NCBI GenBank assembly: GCA_041694375.1
Contig: JASMTI010000198.1
Coordinates: 12,351 to 76,350, forward strand
Length of the DNA stretch: 64,000 nucleotides
Direction of reading: 5' to 3'
From: Bacteroidales bacterium
GTDB lineage: Bacteria > Bacteroidota > Bacteroidia > Bacteroidales > Prolixibacteraceae
Shown here one piece after another: positions 27,626 through 38,486 of the stretch. Both the position numbers and the translations under genes were made by a program. Below the pieces are notes generated by a model. The model searched no databases. It saw only the letters and a program-made list of their open reading frames with translations, and was not told the origin of the DNA. Position 1 is the stretch's first letter, and each line of letters opens with the position of its first letter.

Positions 27626-29965
27626 TTATTTCTTCTTTTTTGTTTTTTTGCGGGGTGCCGGGCCTTTTTCAATTATTTCACGGCAGTCATCAAGCGACAA
27701 TTTTTCAGCATCGGTGTTTTTCGGTATTTTGTAATTTTTCTTTTTGTATGAAATGTAAGGCCCCCAGCGGCCATTTAATAACCTTATCTCCGGCTCCTCA
27801 TCAAATGTTTTGATAACGGCTTTACGATCTTTCTCGCGTTTGGCTTCAATTAACTCAATTGCCTGGTCGAGTGTAATGGTAAATGGGTCGTTGTCTTTTC
27901 CTATCGATACAAATTTATTATCATGGCGCACATAGGGCCCAAAACGGCCTATGGCTGCTGTTACTTTCTTATCTTCGTATTCGCCAAGTTCACGGGGTAG
28001 TTTAAACAGGTCGAGTGCCTGTTCAAGGGTAATGGTTTCGAGCCTCATTCCCGATTGCAGGCTGGCAAATTTTGGTTTTTCAGCGTTTTCATCATCGGCA
28101 TCACCTGTTTCGCCAAGCTGTACCATGGGGCCAAAGCGCCCAATTTTTGCAAACACAGGTTTTCCGGTTTTAGGGTCGGTGCCCAATTTTCTTTCGCCGT
28201 TGGCTTTTTCTGATACTTCAAGTGTTTCTTCAACCTGTTGGTGGAATGGTTTATAAAAATCTTTCAGCATGTTTTCCCATTCTTCTTTGCCCTCGGCAAT
28301 AATATCGAACTGCTCTTCAACCTTTGCGGTAAAGTTATAGTCCATGATGGTATCGAAGTACTTGATAAGGAAATCATTGACCACCATTCCTATATCTGTA
28401 GGGAAGAGCTTATTTTTTTCGTACCCGTAGTTTTCTGTTTCTTTTTGTTCATCAATCTTGCCTGATTTAAGTATCAGGGTTATGAACTCACGCTCAGCCC
28501 CGGTGCGGTCTTCTTTAACCACGTAGCCGCGATTTTGGATTGTTGTAATAATTGGGGCGTATGTCGAAGGGCGTCCAATGCCTTGTTCTTCGAGTTTTTT
28601 CACCAGGCTGGCCTCGGTGTAGCGTGGTGGCCGTTTCGAGAAACGCTGTATGGCATTTATTTTATCAAGCGCCAAAGTGTCGTTTTTTTGAATAGGGGGT
28701 AATAGCACATCGCTATTTTTGTTCTCTTCTTCATCATCGGTTGATTCGAAGTATACCTTCAGAAAACCGTCAAATTTTACAACCTCTCCGGTCGCAACAA
28801 ATTTCTCGTCAGACTTTGAAACCGCAATGTTAACCGTTGTTTTTTCAAGCTGTGCATCGCTCATCTGTGAAGCGATCGTTCTTTTCCAGATGAGTTCGTA
28901 TAATTTTTGCTCCTGGTTGTTTCCTTTTACCGTTTCGTTTTCGATGTAAGTAGGCCTGATTGCTTCGTGTGCCTCCTGTGCTCCTTTCGATGAAGTTTTA
29001 AACTGGCGGGTTTTCGAGTATTTTTCGCCAAACATTTCATTAATTTTCGATTTGGCTGTATTTATGGCCAAACTCGAAAGGTTTACCGAGTCGGTACGCA
29101 TGTATGTTATCTTACCGGCTTCGTATAACCGTTGGGCAACACTCATGGTTTGAGCTACTGAAAAACCTAATTTACGGCTGGCTTCCTGTTGCAGTGTCGA
29201 AGTTGTGAAAGGTGCCGCAGGACTGCGTTTGCCGGGTTTTTTAACCACATCGTCGACCTGATATGTTGCGTCCTTGCATTTTTCAAGGAACCCTAGTGCT
29301 TCGTCACGGGTCTTGAACCGTTTATTGAGCTCAGCTTTTAGTGATGTTGTTTTCCCGTCGTTATCGTTAACCAAAAATATGGCGCTAATCCTGTAGTTTG
29401 AGGTTGGGGTGAAATTCATTATTTCACGTTCGCGCTCAACGATCAAACGTACGGCTACCGATTGCACCCTGCCTGCTGATAGCTGGGGTTTTACCTTTTT
29501 CCATAATACCGGCGATATTTCGAACCCTACAAGCCTGTCGAGTACCCGTCGGGCTTGCTGTGCATCAACAAGGTTTTTATCTATTTTGCGTGGGTGTTTA
29601 ATGGCATCCTGAATGGCATTTTTTGTAATCTCGTGAAACACAATACGTTTTGTTTTGCTTTCATCAAGATCCAATGCTTCGAACAAATGCCATGCAATGG
29701 CTTCTCCTTCACGGTCTTCATCGGATGCTATCCAAACCGTTTTGGCCTCCTTTGATAAACTCTTTAATTCTTTTACAACATTTTTTTTGTCGGATGAAAC
29801 CGTATACTTTGGCTTGAAGTTGTTTTCGATATCAACGCCAAAACCTTTTTTTTCAAGGTCGCGTATATGTCCAAAACTTGATTTCACAAGGTAATCTTTG
29901 CCCAAAAACTTTTCTATTGTTTTTGCTTTTGCAGGTGACTCAACAATCACTAAGTTATCAACCAT
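27626..29965 (-). CDS. topA: DNA topoisomerase I
   Basis: LVIVESPAKAKTI, SDEDREGEAI, SAGRVQS, catalytic ITYMRTD, and C-terminal Toprim_C-type repeats (GRFGPYV). Confidence 0.98.
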   Translation of the reverse strand: MVDNLVIVESPAKAKTIEKFLGKDYLVKSSFGHIRDLEKKGFGVDIENNFKPKYTVSSDKKNVVKELKSLSKEAKTVWIASDEDREGEAIAWHLFEALDLDESKTKRIVFHEITKNAIQDAIKHPRKIDKNLVDAQQARRVLDRLVGFEISPVLWKKVKPQLSAGRVQSVAVRLIVEREREIMNFTPTSNYRISAIFLVNDNDGKTTSLKAELNKRFKTRDEALGFLEKCKDATYQVDDVVKKPGKRSPAAPFTTSTLQQEASRKLGFSVAQTMSVAQRLYEAGKITYMRTDSVNLSSLAINTAKSKINEMFGEKYSKTRQFKTSSKGAQEAHEAIRPTYIENETVKGNNQEQKLYELIWKRTIASQMSDAQLEKTTVNIAVSKSDEKFVATGEVVKFDGFLKVYFESTDDEEENKNSDVLLPPIQKNDTLALDKINAIQRFSKRPPRYTEASLVKKLEEQGIGRPSTYAPIITTIQNRGYVVKEDRTGAEREFITLILKSGKIDEQKETENYGYEKNKLFPTDIGMVVNDFLIKYFDTIMDYNFTAKVEEQFDIIAEGKEEWENMLKDFYKPFHQQVEETLEVSEKANGERKLGTDPKTGKPVFAKIGRFGPMVQLGETGDADDENAEKPKFASLQSGMRLETITLEQALDLFKLPRELGEYEDKKVTAAIGRFGPYVRHDNKFVSIGKDNDPFTITLDQAIELIEAKREKDRKAVIKTFDEEPEIRLLNGRWGPYISYKKKNYKIPKNTDAEKLSLDDCREIIEKGPAPRKKTKKKK

Positions 29966-30251
29966 ATAGTATTATCTATGTTAGTTTTTTGTTTTACAGT
30001 TCTAAAAAAGAACCAGAACGTATGCTTAAATAAATTCCGTGAAATTTATATTTAAGCTTGAAAAATAATTTGCAAATTAAAGCATTTCAAAAGGTAAGTT
30101 CAAAATTTTTATTTGCTTGGCGGCTAAATTCTTCATTATTTTTTAGCATTAAATGCAATATTCCATAGCTTGTAATAGTTTCTGAATATGCTGTTTTTAT
30201 TGCAATTGAGATAAACGTAGTATAGATGAAAAATGTGGCATTTAAAAATAT

Positions 30252-30259
30252 TATATTTG
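30252..30259 (+). promoter_or_regulatory. -7 box for PBP1A
   Basis: TATATTTG, 16 bp before ATG 30276. Confidence 0.5.
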
Positions 30260-30275
30260 TGAAAAATTTAAGATA

Positions 30276-32648
30276 ATGGAAGAGCAAAAGTATTCATTTC
30301 GAAAATATATCAAAATATTATGGATATTAGCCATTAGTGGTGTTTTATTATTGATCCTCTTTTTTTGGGGGGTGGCTGCCGGTAAATTTGGTTTCATGCC
30401 TGCTTTTGAGGAACTGGAAAACCCCAAAAACATGGTCGCTTCTGAAATCATAACAAGCGACGGACAATTACTGGGCAAGTATTATGATGAAGAAAACCGC
30501 ACACTGGTAGAGTACGACGAACTGGGCAAACATGTGGTTCATGCCCTGGTTGCTACCGAAGATGAACGCTATTATCAACACTCAGGGATTGACCTGAGGG
30601 GGTTGTTCCGTGTTGTTAAGGGGGTTGTTACAAATGACACCCGGTCGGGTGGTGGAAGCACAATTTCCCAGCAGTTGGCCAAACTGCTTTTCCCTCGTGA
30701 AAGTAACTCCGGGCTTAAACTTGTGTTGCGGAAGTTCAGGGAATGGGTAATTGCCGTAAAACTCGAACGCAGTTATACCAAAGAAGAAATTATTACCATG
30801 TATTTAAACAAGTTCGAGTTTATTTATGGAGCCTTTGGTATTGATGTTGCAGCACAAACTTACTTTAATACAACGCCCGATTCGCTTGAATTGCACCAGG
30901 CCGCAATGTTGATTGGTATGCTCAAAAGCCCTTACCTTTATAACCCAACCCGTTTTGAAGAGCGGGCCATAAACCGAAGGAACGTAGTGCTGGGGCAAAT
31001 GTTGAAAAATCGGTATATCAATCGCGAACAATACGATGCAGCACGTGTAAAACCTTTAGATACTGATTTTAACCGGAGCGGTTTAAAAAAAGGTATCGCA
31101 CCGTATTTTAGGAAATATCTTGAACGGACATTGGTTGCCAATATTCCCGAAAAGTCATCTTACGGGATCAGTAGCCGGGCGCAACAAAAATATTACGAGG
31201 ACTCTATTGCATGGTATACCGACCCGCTTTATGGATGGTGTAATAAGAATAAAAAACCCGATGGCACAACCTATGACTTATATGGCGACGGACTCAAAAT
31301 ATTTACAACCATCGACTATCGAATGCAGGAATATGCTGAGGAGGCCGTGAAAACACATATACAGAATCTTCAGCCACAACTCGATGCTCATGTTAAAAAT
31401 TTTGATAATGCACCCTTTTCAAACGACCTGAGTGATGAGCAAGCTGAACGTATACTAATGAATGAGGTGTACCGCAGTCATCGATATGGCATGCTTAAAA
31501 AGAAGGGCTTGACAAAGAATCAAATCATGAAAAACTTTAATACGCCCGATACTATTTTGATATATACCTGGGATGGATATAAAGATACCATCATGTCGCC
31601 CCTCGATTCAATTAAATATCGTTTGCGTCAGTTGAGTTCCTCATTTATGGCCATGGAACCTGTTACAGGCGATGTGAAAGTGTGGGTTGGTGGTTCAGCT
31701 TACGGTTTTACTGAAATTGACATGGTGCGTTCATCTACCTACAAGCGACAGGTGGGTTCTACCTGCAAACCATTTTTGTATACTTTGGCGATGCAAAACG
31801 GCCTTTCGCCATGTAAAAGGGTGCCCAATGTTGAACAGACATTTATTCTACCTGATGGTACAACATGGACTGCAAAAAACGCAGGTAGCTCTGAATATGA
31901 TGGTAAAATGGTAACCCTTCGCTGGGGACTGGCAAATTCAGTAAACCAGGTATCGGCTTGGGTTATGAAACGCTATAACCCCGAAGCCATGCGCGATGTA
32001 ATGCGCAACATGGGCATATATAGCGATGTGCCGGCAGTGCCTTCAATGTTCCTGGGAACTGCCGAGGTAACACTTTACGAAATGGTTGCAGCTTATTCCG
32101 TTTTCCCAAACAAGGGAGTTTATACTACGCCAAATATTGTGTCGCACATTGAAGACCGGCACGGGAATGTGTTGGCACGTTTTACACCACGCAGGCATGA
32201 GGCTATTGATGAACAAACCGCCTATTTAATGACGAAATTGCTTCAGAATGTTGTAAACGAAGGAACAGCCTTAAGGTTAAAGTCGAAATATAAACTTTAT
32301 GAAGAATATGGTGGCTTTGATACCCCGTTTGCCGGAAAAACCGGTACCACACAAAACCAGAGTGACGGGTGGTTTATGGGATTCACACCCGACTTGGTGG
32401 CCGGGGTATGGACCGGGGCCAATTACCGGAGTATCCATTTTGAGGATATTACCCGTGGACAAGGCACAAACACTGCTCTTCCTGTTTTTGGACGATTTTT
32501 CAAAAAAGTGTTTGCCGATTCAACACTGAACTATCGCGAACATTTTAAGTATGAAGAACCCGAAGGGTTTAATATTGACATTGATTGTGATGATAACGGG
32601 GTAGAAAAAAACGGTGATAATTTACCTGCATTTGATGGGTTTTGGTAA
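30276..32648 (+). CDS. Class A penicillin-binding protein (PBP1A)
   Basis: TM anchor, transglycosylase motifs EDERY and GGGSTISQQLAK, transpeptidase motifs STCK, SVN and KTG. Confidence 0.95.
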   Translation: MEEQKYSFRKYIKILWILAISGVLLLILFFWGVAAGKFGFMPAFEELENPKNMVASEIITSDGQLLGKYYDEENRTLVEYDELGKHVVHALVATEDERYYQHSGIDLRGLFRVVKGVVTNDTRSGGGSTISQQLAKLLFPRESNSGLKLVLRKFREWVIAVKLERSYTKEEIITMYLNKFEFIYGAFGIDVAAQTYFNTTPDSLELHQAAMLIGMLKSPYLYNPTRFEERAINRRNVVLGQMLKNRYINREQYDAARVKPLDTDFNRSGLKKGIAPYFRKYLERTLVANIPEKSSYGISSRAQQKYYEDSIAWYTDPLYGWCNKNKKPDGTTYDLYGDGLKIFTTIDYRMQEYAEEAVKTHIQNLQPQLDAHVKNFDNAPFSNDLSDEQAERILMNEVYRSHRYGMLKKKGLTKNQIMKNFNTPDTILIYTWDGYKDTIMSPLDSIKYRLRQLSSSFMAMEPVTGDVKVWVGGSAYGFTEIDMVRSSTYKRQVGSTCKPFLYTLAMQNGLSPCKRVPNVEQTFILPDGTTWTAKNAGSSEYDGKMVTLRWGLANSVNQVSAWVMKRYNPEAMRDVMRNMGIYSDVPAVPSMFLGTAEVTLYEMVAAYSVFPNKGVYTTPNIVSHIEDRHGNVLARFTPRRHEAIDEQTAYLMTKLLQNVVNEGTALRLKSKYKLYEEYGGFDTPFAGKTGTTQNQSDGWFMGFTPDLVAGVWTGANYRSIHFEDITRGQGTNTALPVFGRFFKKVFADSTLNYREHFKYEEPEGFNIDIDCDDNGVEKNGDNLPAFDGFW

Positions 32649-32662
32649 AAAAGAAGGTTTTT

Positions 32663-34549
32663 GTGAAGAAGAAAAAAATAATATATCGGTTAATAATGAT
32701 AGGCAATGCTATAGCTCTTATGACACTTGCGCTTTATATGTTTTCATGTGCGAATCCGGGAGCAGGCCCTACTGGCGGTCCGCGCGACAGTATTGCACCA
32801 GTGGTATTATCAACAATCCCCGGGCCACATGCAACTAATTTTAACGAAAGGCAAATTGAAATAAATTTCAATGAATATGTAGTGGCAAACAATCTTGCCT
32901 CAACAATGGTTATATCGCCCCCCCTGGCTGAAAAAACAGATGTGCGGACAAGGGGCAAAAGTATTGTTATTAAAATTGATGAAGACCTGGTGCCGGGGCG
33001 GACTTACTCAGTAGATTTTAAAGATGGAATAAAAGATTATAACGAAGGTAACGTGCTGCAGGGGTTTCGTATGTTGTTTTCAACGTACGACAAAATTGAT
33101 ACACTGCAGGTCAAAGGCTATTTGCTTGATGTTTTTTCACTTGAGCCGGTTGAGGATGCAATTGTAACACTTTACAGCATAAATCACGATTCGGTTTTTC
33201 AAACCATGCGCCCCGATTTTATAGCAAAACCCGATAAAAATGGTTTCTTTTTGTTTGACAACCTCCCGGCAAATGAAAACTATCGTTTGTTCGGCTTAAT
33301 CGATGGTGATAAAGATTTAATGTTCTCGCAGGAAAACGAAAAGGTTGCTTTTATCGATTCAGTTATTGCACCAAAAGCTCATTATGTTGCAAGGGTTGAT
33401 ACATTGTACGAAGAAAATGACACGATAATTTCTGAAGGCTATACCGAATTTTTACCCGGACCGGTTAATGCATACCTGTTCGAGCACGACCAATTTAATC
33501 AGTATATCGATGAGGTTGAAAGGGATAAAAATGACCACATGCTTTTAACGTTTGGGGAGTCGCTAACCGATTCGTTCAGATATGAAATACCGGGGCAGGA
33601 AGACAATAACTGGAGCTACTTGGAATATGGGGCGGACAAAGATTCGGTGGAGCTTTGGATTACAGATACAACACTTGTAAATACCGATTCACTATACCTT
33701 GCTGTCACATATACCTCAACCGATACTGCCAACCAGTTTATAAGCATAACTGATACACTTGACATGTTTTTTCAGGCAGAAAAAGATGCCAAAAGCAAAA
33801 GCAGGGGGCGAAATAAGGAAGAAGAGGATACGCTTGCACAACCCGAGCTGTTTAGTTTGTCAAGCAACCTTACATCGTCAACATTCGACCTGAACAGCAG
33901 GCTTTTGCTTGTGGCGCCATCACCAATTCAATCGTTGCCCGGGCAGGCAGTTAGCCTTCAGGTCCAAGTGAATGATTCAACTTATAATCCTGTTGACTTC
34001 ACATTGCACAAATTGAAGAAATCGGAACGCAAATACAGCGTTGATTTCAAGGTTGAAGAAAACAGTAGTTACAAGCTTGAAGTTGATTCGGCTTCCGCTT
34101 TAACTTTGACCGGTATTCCCAACGAACCTTTCCAAATGAAGTTTAATTCGAGAGAGATGGGATACTACGGGGCAGTAATTCTGGATATCAGTGGTTTTTC
34201 GGGACCTGCCATAATTCAATTACTCGAAGATGGCAAAGATGAAAAACTGGTCATGCAAATGGATACAATCGTATCGGAGGGGAAAGACTTGATGCTATCG
34301 TATTTATCGCCGGGCAATTATCGTGTGAAACTTATTGATGACCGCAATAATAACGGGCAATGGGATACTGGCGATTATGAAGAAAGTATTTTGCCTGAGC
34401 GTGTATATTACCTCCCAAAAGTTTTGGAAATAAAATCGAACTGGGAGATAAAAGAAAGCTGGCAAATTGATCCTGCGAAACCCGGGCCTAAAGAGATATT
34501 TATCAATAAACTCAACGAGCAGGAAGAAAACAAATCGCAGCGTAGATAG
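32663..34549 (+). CDS. Ig-like (Big_5) domain lipoprotein
   Basis: Probable GTG 32663, lipobox MFS-C-ANPG.GP.GGPRD..AP, I.FNEYV, PGRTYSVDF, D.NNNGQWDTG. Confidence 0.8.
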   Translation: MKKKKIIYRLIMIGNAIALMTLALYMFSCANPGAGPTGGPRDSIAPVVLSTIPGPHATNFNERQIEINFNEYVVANNLASTMVISPPLAEKTDVRTRGKSIVIKIDEDLVPGRTYSVDFKDGIKDYNEGNVLQGFRMLFSTYDKIDTLQVKGYLLDVFSLEPVEDAIVTLYSINHDSVFQTMRPDFIAKPDKNGFFLFDNLPANENYRLFGLIDGDKDLMFSQENEKVAFIDSVIAPKAHYVARVDTLYEENDTIISEGYTEFLPGPVNAYLFEHDQFNQYIDEVERDKNDHMLLTFGESLTDSFRYEIPGQEDNNWSYLEYGADKDSVELWITDTTLVNTDSLYLAVTYTSTDTANQFISITDTLDMFFQAEKDAKSKSRGRNKEEEDTLAQPELFSLSSNLTSSTFDLNSRLLLVAPSPIQSLPGQAVSLQVQVNDSTYNPVDFTLHKLKKSERKYSVDFKVEENSSYKLEVDSASALTLTGIPNEPFQMKFNSREMGYYGAVILDISGFSGPAIIQLLEDGKDEKLVMQMDTIVSEGKDLMLSYLSPGNYRVKLIDDRNNNGQWDTGDYEESILPERVYYLPKVLEIKSNWEIKESWQIDPAKPGPKEIFINKLNEQEENKSQRR

Positions 34550-34592
34550 ATTAGCCCAGTAGTATGTCGTTGCTTATATGGTTTAAATAAAC

Positions 34593-34600
34593 TATTTTTG
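34593..34600 (+). promoter_or_regulatory. -7 box for the small lipoprotein
   Basis: TATTTTTG, 29 bp before ATG 34630. Confidence 0.45.
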
Positions 34601-34629
34601 GCAAAGGGGTAATTAAATATTGATTGAGT

Positions 34630-35043
34630 ATGGGATTATTTGCACGAGTGGGGATTTTTGTGTGGTTAATCGTTTTGTTTTTTTCTTGTTCTGATGATTC
34701 GCAGTATACTGAAGCGGGTATCATTGACGGAGAAGTGGTATTACAAAGCGGAACGCCGCAACGTATTAATAACGATTTGATATTGGAGATTACCGGGATT
34801 GATGATTCCCGGTGCCCTATTGGCGAGGTTTGTTCATCTTTGGGGCATGTTAATGTTACTTTTAAAGTATACAATAACGAAACTTCTTTTCAGTACAACA
34901 TGAAATATTGTGAACTGGACAAACAATCAACAGATACTATTGAAGGAACTGTAATTGAAATTGTTGACATCGCTCCGTATCGTTATCCAGGTGATGTTAT
35001 CAAATTGGGGGATTACCGGGTTACGATTGATGTGTTGGAATAA
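34630..35043 (+). CDS. Small hypothetical lipoprotein
   Basis: Lipobox FFS-C-SDD and motif DSRCP.G.VC...G. Confidence 0.7.
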   Translation: MGLFARVGIFVWLIVLFFSCSDDSQYTEAGIIDGEVVLQSGTPQRINNDLILEITGIDDSRCPIGEVCSSLGHVNVTFKVYNNETSFQYNMKYCELDKQSTDTIEGTVIEIVDIAPYRYPGDVIKLGDYRVTIDVLE

Positions 35044-35050
35044 GGTCCCC

Positions 35051-36190
35051 TCAATTTCTGGTGTTTGATTTTACATACATTGATACCGGGTTTAAGAGAG
35101 GTTCTGTGAGCATGATAAAGATTTCCTGTGGTCTTGGAGGGGTTTGTTGGTTGTTGTTTGCAAGCTTTTGGATGTCAGCCGGCAATGCCCGCTTGTCACC
35201 ATTGTAACTTGCCCAACTATTGTTCCATGTGTATTCATTTGCAAATTTTTGGCTGTTTATTGTTTCACCACGAAACTCTTCAATGAATACATTAATTGTG
35301 GTGTTTGATATTATTTCGCGCGAGTAAACCACAGCATCGGCTTGTACAATCCCCATTGCATTATAAGTGTTCCCATCGTCATCGGTATATGTACCAACTG
35401 AAATACTATCGGATGTGAATGTGCGGTTTTGCTCACGTTCCCTAATGGCACCAATAATAAATTTTTCTATTTGTATGCCCACAACCCGGTGGGGGGTAAT
35501 GCCGAGCTCTTCAGCCATCTGGGGCTGGTAGTACTTAATAAATCCATCCGAAGCTTGTTTTACCAGTGAATTGTATATCTGAATATAAAACTCGCGGGTA
35601 TTTATCTCGTAGTTGGTATTTTTGTCAGGTAACTGTTCAACTATAACCTTTAACGTAGCTAAATCTTTTGCAATAACCAGTTGTTCATCGATGTTCTTAT
35701 ATGTTGGGGCCGCATTTTTAACCCATCGTAATTTTTCATAGGCCTCGCGGGCATCGTATATGTTTTTTGAGTTCAAAAGTGATGTGGCAAACCTATATTG
35801 TTCATTGATTGCCATTTCTTCAGCTTTTTGCAATTGTTCGTCAAAGTAAACAACCGGTTTAACTGCATCAAGTGCGGCCGGGCATCGTGAAATTTCATTG
35901 GCCAGAATGTTTAATTTTTTGTACTGGTCTGATATTTTCAGGAATTTGTCTGGAGTATTCGAAGCAGCAATCCCGTCAATTTGCCGACGGTAGTAATCAA
36001 TGGCCATGGGATAACTTTTTTTTACCATTGTGATGGCTTTTTCATTGTCGGGGGCTGTGCGCAGCCTTTTTACAGCTTGGAGTGTGGCTTTGTAATATTC
36101 GCCTCGGTTATATGCCATTCGCCCGGTGCTGCACGATAGTAAAAGAAAAAGAGAAGTGAACAGTAGGAAAATGTTGATGGTTCGGTTCAT
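35051..36190 (-). CDS. Hypothetical lipoprotein with TPR-like N-terminus
   Basis: Lipobox LLS-C-STG, helical GEYYKATLQAVKRLR region, and a -7 box TATATTTG at 36205-36212 (minus). Confidence 0.75.
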   Translation of the reverse strand: MNRTINIFLLFTSLFLLLSCSTGRMAYNRGEYYKATLQAVKRLRTAPDNEKAITMVKKSYPMAIDYYRRQIDGIAASNTPDKFLKISDQYKKLNILANEISRCPAALDAVKPVVYFDEQLQKAEEMAINEQYRFATSLLNSKNIYDAREAYEKLRWVKNAAPTYKNIDEQLVIAKDLATLKVIVEQLPDKNTNYEINTREFYIQIYNSLVKQASDGFIKYYQPQMAEELGITPHRVVGIQIEKFIIGAIREREQNRTFTSDSISVGTYTDDDGNTYNAMGIVQADAVVYSREIISNTTINVFIEEFRGETINSQKFANEYTWNNSWASYNGDKRALPADIQKLANNNQQTPPRPQEIFIMLTEPLLNPVSMYVKSNTRN

Positions 36191-36228
36191 TGTTTGCTTT
36201 TTTACAAATATATAAACATTATGCAGTT

Positions 36229-37521
36229 TTATTTGGGTATTTTAAAATCGAATTCAGAACCTTCTCCAGGGGTTGATTGCACTGTGATATCCCCTCCCAT
36301 ATATTTTGCGATTGACTTGCTTATGCTTAGCCCCAACCCGGCGCCATTTTTAAATGGGTCAACTTTATAAAAACGTTCAAAAATCTTTTCCTGGTTTTCT
36401 TTTGAAATGCCGATGCCGGTATCCGTTACTATAAAATGTAGAAAATGGTTTTGCTCGTTTATTTTTAGGTTAATCTCACCACTGTTGGTGAATTTAACTG
36501 CATTGTCAATAAGATTGGTGATTATTTGCTCGAATCGTTCTTTATCTGTATTTAATTCGTAAGGTATTTTTGAAATGTTTATGGTTATATTTTTATTATT
36601 CAAGCTGAACAGGTATTTTTCTTTTAACTTTTCAAGCACATCCTTTGTATTAAAGCGGATTGGGTGAAGCGTAAATGAGTTGGTTTCTATTTTTGAAAAA
36701 TCAACAATATCGTTGATGAGTTTTAGCATGTTGTCGCTATTTTCCCATATTACCTTATTGTATTGTTGTTGTTCGTCGGGGTCATTTGTTTGCGACAACA
36801 TGTTAGAAAAACCGATAATAATATTGAGCGGGGTCCTGATTTCGTGACTGATATTTTGAAGAAATGATGTTTTAAGTTGGTCAGATTCCTGGGCTTTGTC
36901 ACGGGCTTGAATTAAATCGGCATTGATTTTTTTTATGTCTTCTTTCTGTTGGTTTATGTGCGTAAAAGAGTCAACCAGCATTGAATACATGTTGTTCCAG
37001 AACATCGTCATTGCAATGGATACTAGCGTAATTGTGGTAACCATATTGAACCACATTGGGGTAGATTGCATGAAACCTTTTTCGGGCATAAATTCTAAAA
37101 CCCCCCGGTTAAAAAGATAACCAATAGTAAAAATGACGATAAAAACTGAAATGGTAAAATACCAACCGGTTTTACGGTTAAAATATAAAAAGGAAATGGC
37201 AATTGCCGGTATAAAATAAGCATAGGCAAAACTATAAAGGCCAAAAGTAAGGAGACCGCTTACAGCCATTAAAGATAAAATAAACATGAAGAATATTCCT
37301 TTTACTTTGGTCTTGAGCTTTCTTCTTATTGTATATAAAACAATCATACTTGCTCCAATAAAAAGGTGTATTCCATAATGTATCGTAAACCCCGTTTGAG
37401 ATATACGTGTAAGTGAAACGATAATGGCAAAAGCCATAACCGATAAAATTGCGACTAATACTTTATTGAGCGCGATATCTTTTGTAAGATCGAGCTCTTC
37501 TTTCAGATAAAGGGGTCTCAT
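36229..37521 (-). CDS. Membrane sensor histidine kinase (HisKA + HATPase_c)
   Basis: Start moved to ATG 37521. Several TM helices, H-box SHEIRTPLN, NLIDNAVKF, DTGIG, GAGLGL. No receiver domain. Confidence 0.9.
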   Translation of the reverse strand: MRPLYLKEELDLTKDIALNKVLVAILSVMAFAIIVSLTRISQTGFTIHYGIHLFIGASMIVLYTIRRKLKTKVKGIFFMFILSLMAVSGLLTFGLYSFAYAYFIPAIAISFLYFNRKTGWYFTISVFIVIFTIGYLFNRGVLEFMPEKGFMQSTPMWFNMVTTITLVSIAMTMFWNNMYSMLVDSFTHINQQKEDIKKINADLIQARDKAQESDQLKTSFLQNISHEIRTPLNIIIGFSNMLSQTNDPDEQQQYNKVIWENSDNMLKLINDIVDFSKIETNSFTLHPIRFNTKDVLEKLKEKYLFSLNNKNITINISKIPYELNTDKERFEQIITNLIDNAVKFTNSGEINLKINEQNHFLHFIVTDTGIGISKENQEKIFERFYKVDPFKNGAGLGLSISKSIAKYMGGDITVQSTPGEGSEFDFKIPK

Positions 37522-37680
37522 AGTAGCTGTGTGTGTTGTTATTGATGCACAAGTTACGGTGTATAAATCAGAAATGCACGTTTTTATGATATATACATGC
37601 AAAAAAATACAAAAATGTCTTAAATAAGAGGTGTTACTTTTTAAGGTTTTCAATAAGTTGGTTCAAATTGAAATGGTATT

Positions 37681-38460
37681 TTATTCACCTTCTAACCATT
37701 GTTTAAAATCTTTTACTTTTTCACGGGCCACTAAAAAGTCATTATTGTCAGCCAGTTGGGTTTTCAGTTTTAAACGTGAGTTGCTGTAAACCGATACATC
37801 GTTAATAGCAGATAATGCCACGATGTATTTTCTGTTTATCCTGAAAAATGATGAAGGGTCTATGAGCTGTTCTATATAATCGAGTGTATAATCAATGGTA
37901 TAGGTGTGGTTGTTGTTGCATTTAAAGTAGGTGCCTTTTTCAAAACTGAAAAAATAAAGGATATCGGCAGTATGAATGGTTTTTAAGTGTGTGCCTACTT
38001 TTACCAAAAAACGTTTCTTGTAAGTGGGTTTATCAACCGATTGTATGAGCACTTGTAGCTGTTCGTTTGTAAAAGAGGCTTTATGCAAGTGGTTGGTTTC
38101 AAATTTGATAATGGCTTTTTCGAGTTCGCTGTTATCGATGGGTTTAAGTAAATAATCGATACTGTTCACCTTAAATGCCTGTAATGTATATTGGTTAAAT
38201 GCCCTTGTAAAAATAACAGGGGTGTTAAATTTCGCTTGTTTAAAAACTTCAAAGCTAAGCCCGTCGCCTAATTGAATATCGAAAAAAGCCAGGTCGGGTG
38301 CCGGGTTGTTGTTTATCCATTGTACAGCCGACTTTATGGTGTCGCAAATGCCAATGCATTCTGTTTTGGGGCGTATGCGTTTTATCAAAGTCAATAGTTG
38401 ATTAGCAGCTATGGGTTCGTCTTCTACAATAAGAATTTTAAAAGGGATATCCATGTTCAT
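37681..38460 (-). CDS. LytTR-family response regulator
   Basis: IVEDE, FFDIQLGDGLSF, DYLLKP, and LytTR domain FFRINRKYIV. Confidence 0.93.
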   Translation of the reverse strand: MNMDIPFKILIVEDEPIAANQLLTLIKRIRPKTECIGICDTIKSAVQWINNNPAPDLAFFDIQLGDGLSFEVFKQAKFNTPVIFTRAFNQYTLQAFKVNSIDYLLKPIDNSELEKAIIKFETNHLHKASFTNEQLQVLIQSVDKPTYKKRFLVKVGTHLKTIHTADILYFFSFEKGTYFKCNNNHTYTIDYTLDYIEQLIDPSSFFRINRKYIVALSAINDVSVYSNSRLKLKTQLADNNDFLVAREKVKDFKQWLEGE

Positions 38461-38486
38461 TCAGAAAATATCTAAGTTGATGTGCT

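Noticed and set aside
30024-30057. AT-rich imperfect palindrome in the topA/PBP1A divergent gap
   Set aside because: Low complexity, and no second copy was found to support an operator.
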